From Mobula hypostoma (Eukaryota), in NCBI RefSeq assembly GCF_963921235.1, contig NC_086106.1:22630001-22694000 (forward strand): a DNA stretch of 64,000 nt, in the 5' to 3' direction. Below the pieces are notes generated by a model, which searched no databases, was not told where the DNA came from, and saw nothing but the letters and a program-made list of their open reading frames with translations. Shown here in pieces: positions 61,108 through 64,000 of the stretch; within the stretch, counting starts at the first letter, position 1; each line of letters begins with the position of its first letter. The translations under genes were made by a program, and so were the position numbers.

Positions 61108-64000
61108 TAGATTTAACTTTATTGTCATTGTACCGAGTACAGATACAAAGCCAATGACATGCAGTTAGCATCTGACCAGAAATTCAAAGAATGGTGTTAT
61201 TTACAAAATAACTGCGAATAAATAGTGCTACAGCAAACGAATATAAAAGTAACTTGACAGTACAATATGTATGCAATACGACTTAGCGCTGTGATATGAA
61301 GTTCAGCAGTGTCACAGCCTCAGGGAAAAAGGTCTTCTGGTGCCTACTCGTGCGGGAGCGGAGGTCCCTGTAGCGCCTACCGGATGAGAGGAGTGTGAAA
61401 AATCCATGGTTAGGGTGAGATGCATCCTTGATAATGCTTTTCGACCTGCCCAGGCAGCGTTTATGGTAGATATTTTCAATAGTGGGCAATTGGGTATCGA
61501 TAATCTACTGGACAGTTTTCACCACACGCTGGAGTGCTTTGCAGTCCGATAGGGGAATGTTGCCATATCACACGGAGATGCAGCTGGTGAGTTTGTTCTC
61601 AATGGTACAGCAGTAAAAGTCCGTCAGTATCCTGGGACAGAGATAAGCTTTCTTGATTCTCGCAAGAAATAAGGGGCTGTTGCCCCTTTTTCATCAGGAT
61701 GGAGGAGTTCAGGGACAAGGTAAGATCCTCGGAAATGTGGGCACCAAGGATCTGAAGCTTGATACACGCTCGACTAGAGTTCCGTTGATGTAGTTGGGGA
61801 AGTAAGTGTTGCTCCTAGCATGCCAGAGTTCCACAATGATCTCCCTGGTCCTCTGGGTGTTAAGGGACTGATTGTTGTCGGCACACTACGCGGCTAGGTG
61901 CTAGACCTCTTTCCTGTAGGCCGTCTCGTCATCCGCTCTGTTCAGGCCGACCACCGTGGTCTCTTCTTCGACTGATTATGGAGTTAGAACCATATACAGG
62001 AACAAAGTAATAGGTTAAAATGCAGTACTGAAGAGTGCTCAGCACACAACCTTGAGGCACGCGGGTGTTGAGGGTGAGAATGGAGGAGGATTGGTTGTCT
62101 AACGTAACTGATTGGGGTCTGCTAGTCAGGAAGTACAAGGTTCAATGGCAGAGTGATGAGCTGATACCAAGCTGGCGAAGTTTACTGATCAGATGGGAGG
62201 GAATTGCAGTATTGAATGTCGAACTAAAGTCAATGAACACAATTCTGACGTAAGAGTAGGGGCTGTCCAGGTGGGTCAAAGCAGAGTGAAGTGCCGTGGA
62301 GATGGCATCCTCTGTTGACCTGTCAGTGGGATTGGAAAATTGATGGGGGTCCACGGTCGTGGGCAGACAAGATTTCCGATATGTTAGAACAAATCTCTGA
62401 AAACACTTTACAATGTTGAATGTGAGTGCAACTGTACGGAAGTTATTCAGGCCCGCGGCAGTGGACCGCTTCGGCACTAGTAGGATGGTGGCGATCTTAA
62501 AGCCTGTGGGGGAAACTGCCTGGTCCCGGGACAGAATGAAAATGTTCTTGGGGACCTCGGCCAACTACTCTGTACAGACTCTGAGCACACGGCCAGGCAT
62601 TCCATTCAGACCAGCTGTCTTCCGTACATTCACCCTGCTCAGGGTGGGGCAGACATCGGAGGTGGAAAGTGAGAGAGGCAGTTCACCGGGTGTGGAATCC
62701 GCTTTGAGGGCGACCTCCTTGTTCTCTCGGTCAAAGCGAGCGGATAAGTAATTGAGCTCATCAGGGAGGGAAACAGAGCTGGAATGGGGCCAAATATTAG
62801 TTGGTTTGAAGTCTTTAATGACCTGTATGCCATACCACATGCGCCTGGCATCTAAAGAGTTGAAATGCTCTTCGATTCTCTCTTTGCATATGTGTTTAGT
62901 CTGAGGGATTCTCCTGCTCAGGTGGACCCTGGCTGAGATGTGAGCCTCACGGGCTCCAGACCTGAGCGCTGAATCTCTGGCTCTGAGTAGGAGGTGAACT
63001 TCTCTGTTCAGCCATGGTTTCTGATTGGGGAACGTTTTGTTTCTTTTCGCGATGCCACTCTATATACACACTAGTTGATGTGCTCAAGGACATAGTTGGT
63101 ATATAAATCAAGGTTAACCTGAGAGTCTTTGGTGGCATGTGTAGCAAACTCGCTCCACTCTGTGTGTTGCAATTGGTGCTGAAGAGCAGAATCAGCACCC
63201 TCCAGCCAGATCTTAATAGACTTCATTGTGGGTTTCCAACGTTTAATACCCGAGATATACTTGGGAAGCGTTTGCAATGAAAGACGGTCAGACTGTCCCA
63301 GGTGGGGGAGGATAGTTGATTTGTAAGCATCAGCCACATTTGTGTACACATGATCTAAAGGTTTATTACACCTGTTGGTTCATAACACATTTTGGTAAAA
63401 TCTTGGAAGCACAGTACGTAGGTTACAATGATTAAAGTCCCCAACGACAATAAAGACTCCGTCTGGATGCAATGTCTGCAGCTTGCCAGTTGCAGCACTG
63501 AGGTCTTTCATGGCTACATTCGCATTAGCATCCGGTGGAACATAAACTGCAACAGCAACGATGCATGTAAACTCTCGACGTTGATTAAAGGTCTACACTT
63601 AATAATCAGGTATTCCAGATCAGCAGAACAGCAAGTGTCAGCAGTCGCAGAGTTAGTACTCCATGAACGATTCACGTAGATGCATTAACCAGCTCCCCTA
63701 CTTTTACCTGTCGCTATTGCAGCTCTGTCAGCTCTGAAGACCGAGCGCCCTTCCAGTTCCACCAAGTAGTTTTGGACATCACTATTTAGCCACGTTTCCG
63801 TAAACAAAAACATGACGTTGCAATATATAAGCCTTCTTTGTGGAGGGTCTAAGTCCTTAGTTCTTCCAGCTTGTTTGTCAGAGATCGAACATTAGGAAGG
63901 AAGATTATTGGTAGCACTGCCCGGTGTGGTTTTAGCCTTAGCCTCGCACGCAGACCTCCACGCTTCCCCCGTTTTTGTTTACGGTCTCGACGCCGGCGCC
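61108..64000 (-). mobile_element. Near full-length decayed Rex1/Babar-type LINE ORF2 (endonuclease + RT + 3' tail)
   Basis: IFLPNVRSLTNKLEELR at the window end; LPDELNYLSARFD..KTAGLNGMPGRVLRVC; NNFRTVALT..DPHQFS..STEDAISTALHSAL..FIDFSSTFNT; PQGCVLS; tail caatgacaataaagttaaatcta. Confidence 0.9.

Overview
Vertebrate, AT-rich, repeat-dominated genomic DNA. The repeat families and the immune gene point to a cartilaginous fish, probably a ray/batoid (inference). By hand, roughly two-thirds of the window is transposon-derived: decayed CR1 and Rex1/Babar LINEs, a HERO-type (RLE) LINE, Penelope-like elements with hammerhead-ribozyme motifs, Ty3/Gypsy fragments and solo LTRs, Tc1 and hAT remnants, and one very young two-LTR Gmr1-like (SCAN-gag) element with a dead pol. 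The only host gene I can support is one apparently intact T-cell receptor delta/alpha-type V segment on the minus strand (leader exon 45610-45655, V exon 45208-45514, 23-bp-spacer RSS 45169-45207). I found no other V, D, J or C segment. There are two N gaps. No rRNA, tRNA, CRISPR or prokaryotic system is present. The best leads are the isolated TCR V segment, a ~320-nt double-hammerhead mini-Penelope (retrozyme-like), an intact minimal hammerhead, the non-autonomous SCAN-gag LTR element and a bipartite LINE-derived SINE-like element. All alignments were done by eye; nothing was searched against databases.
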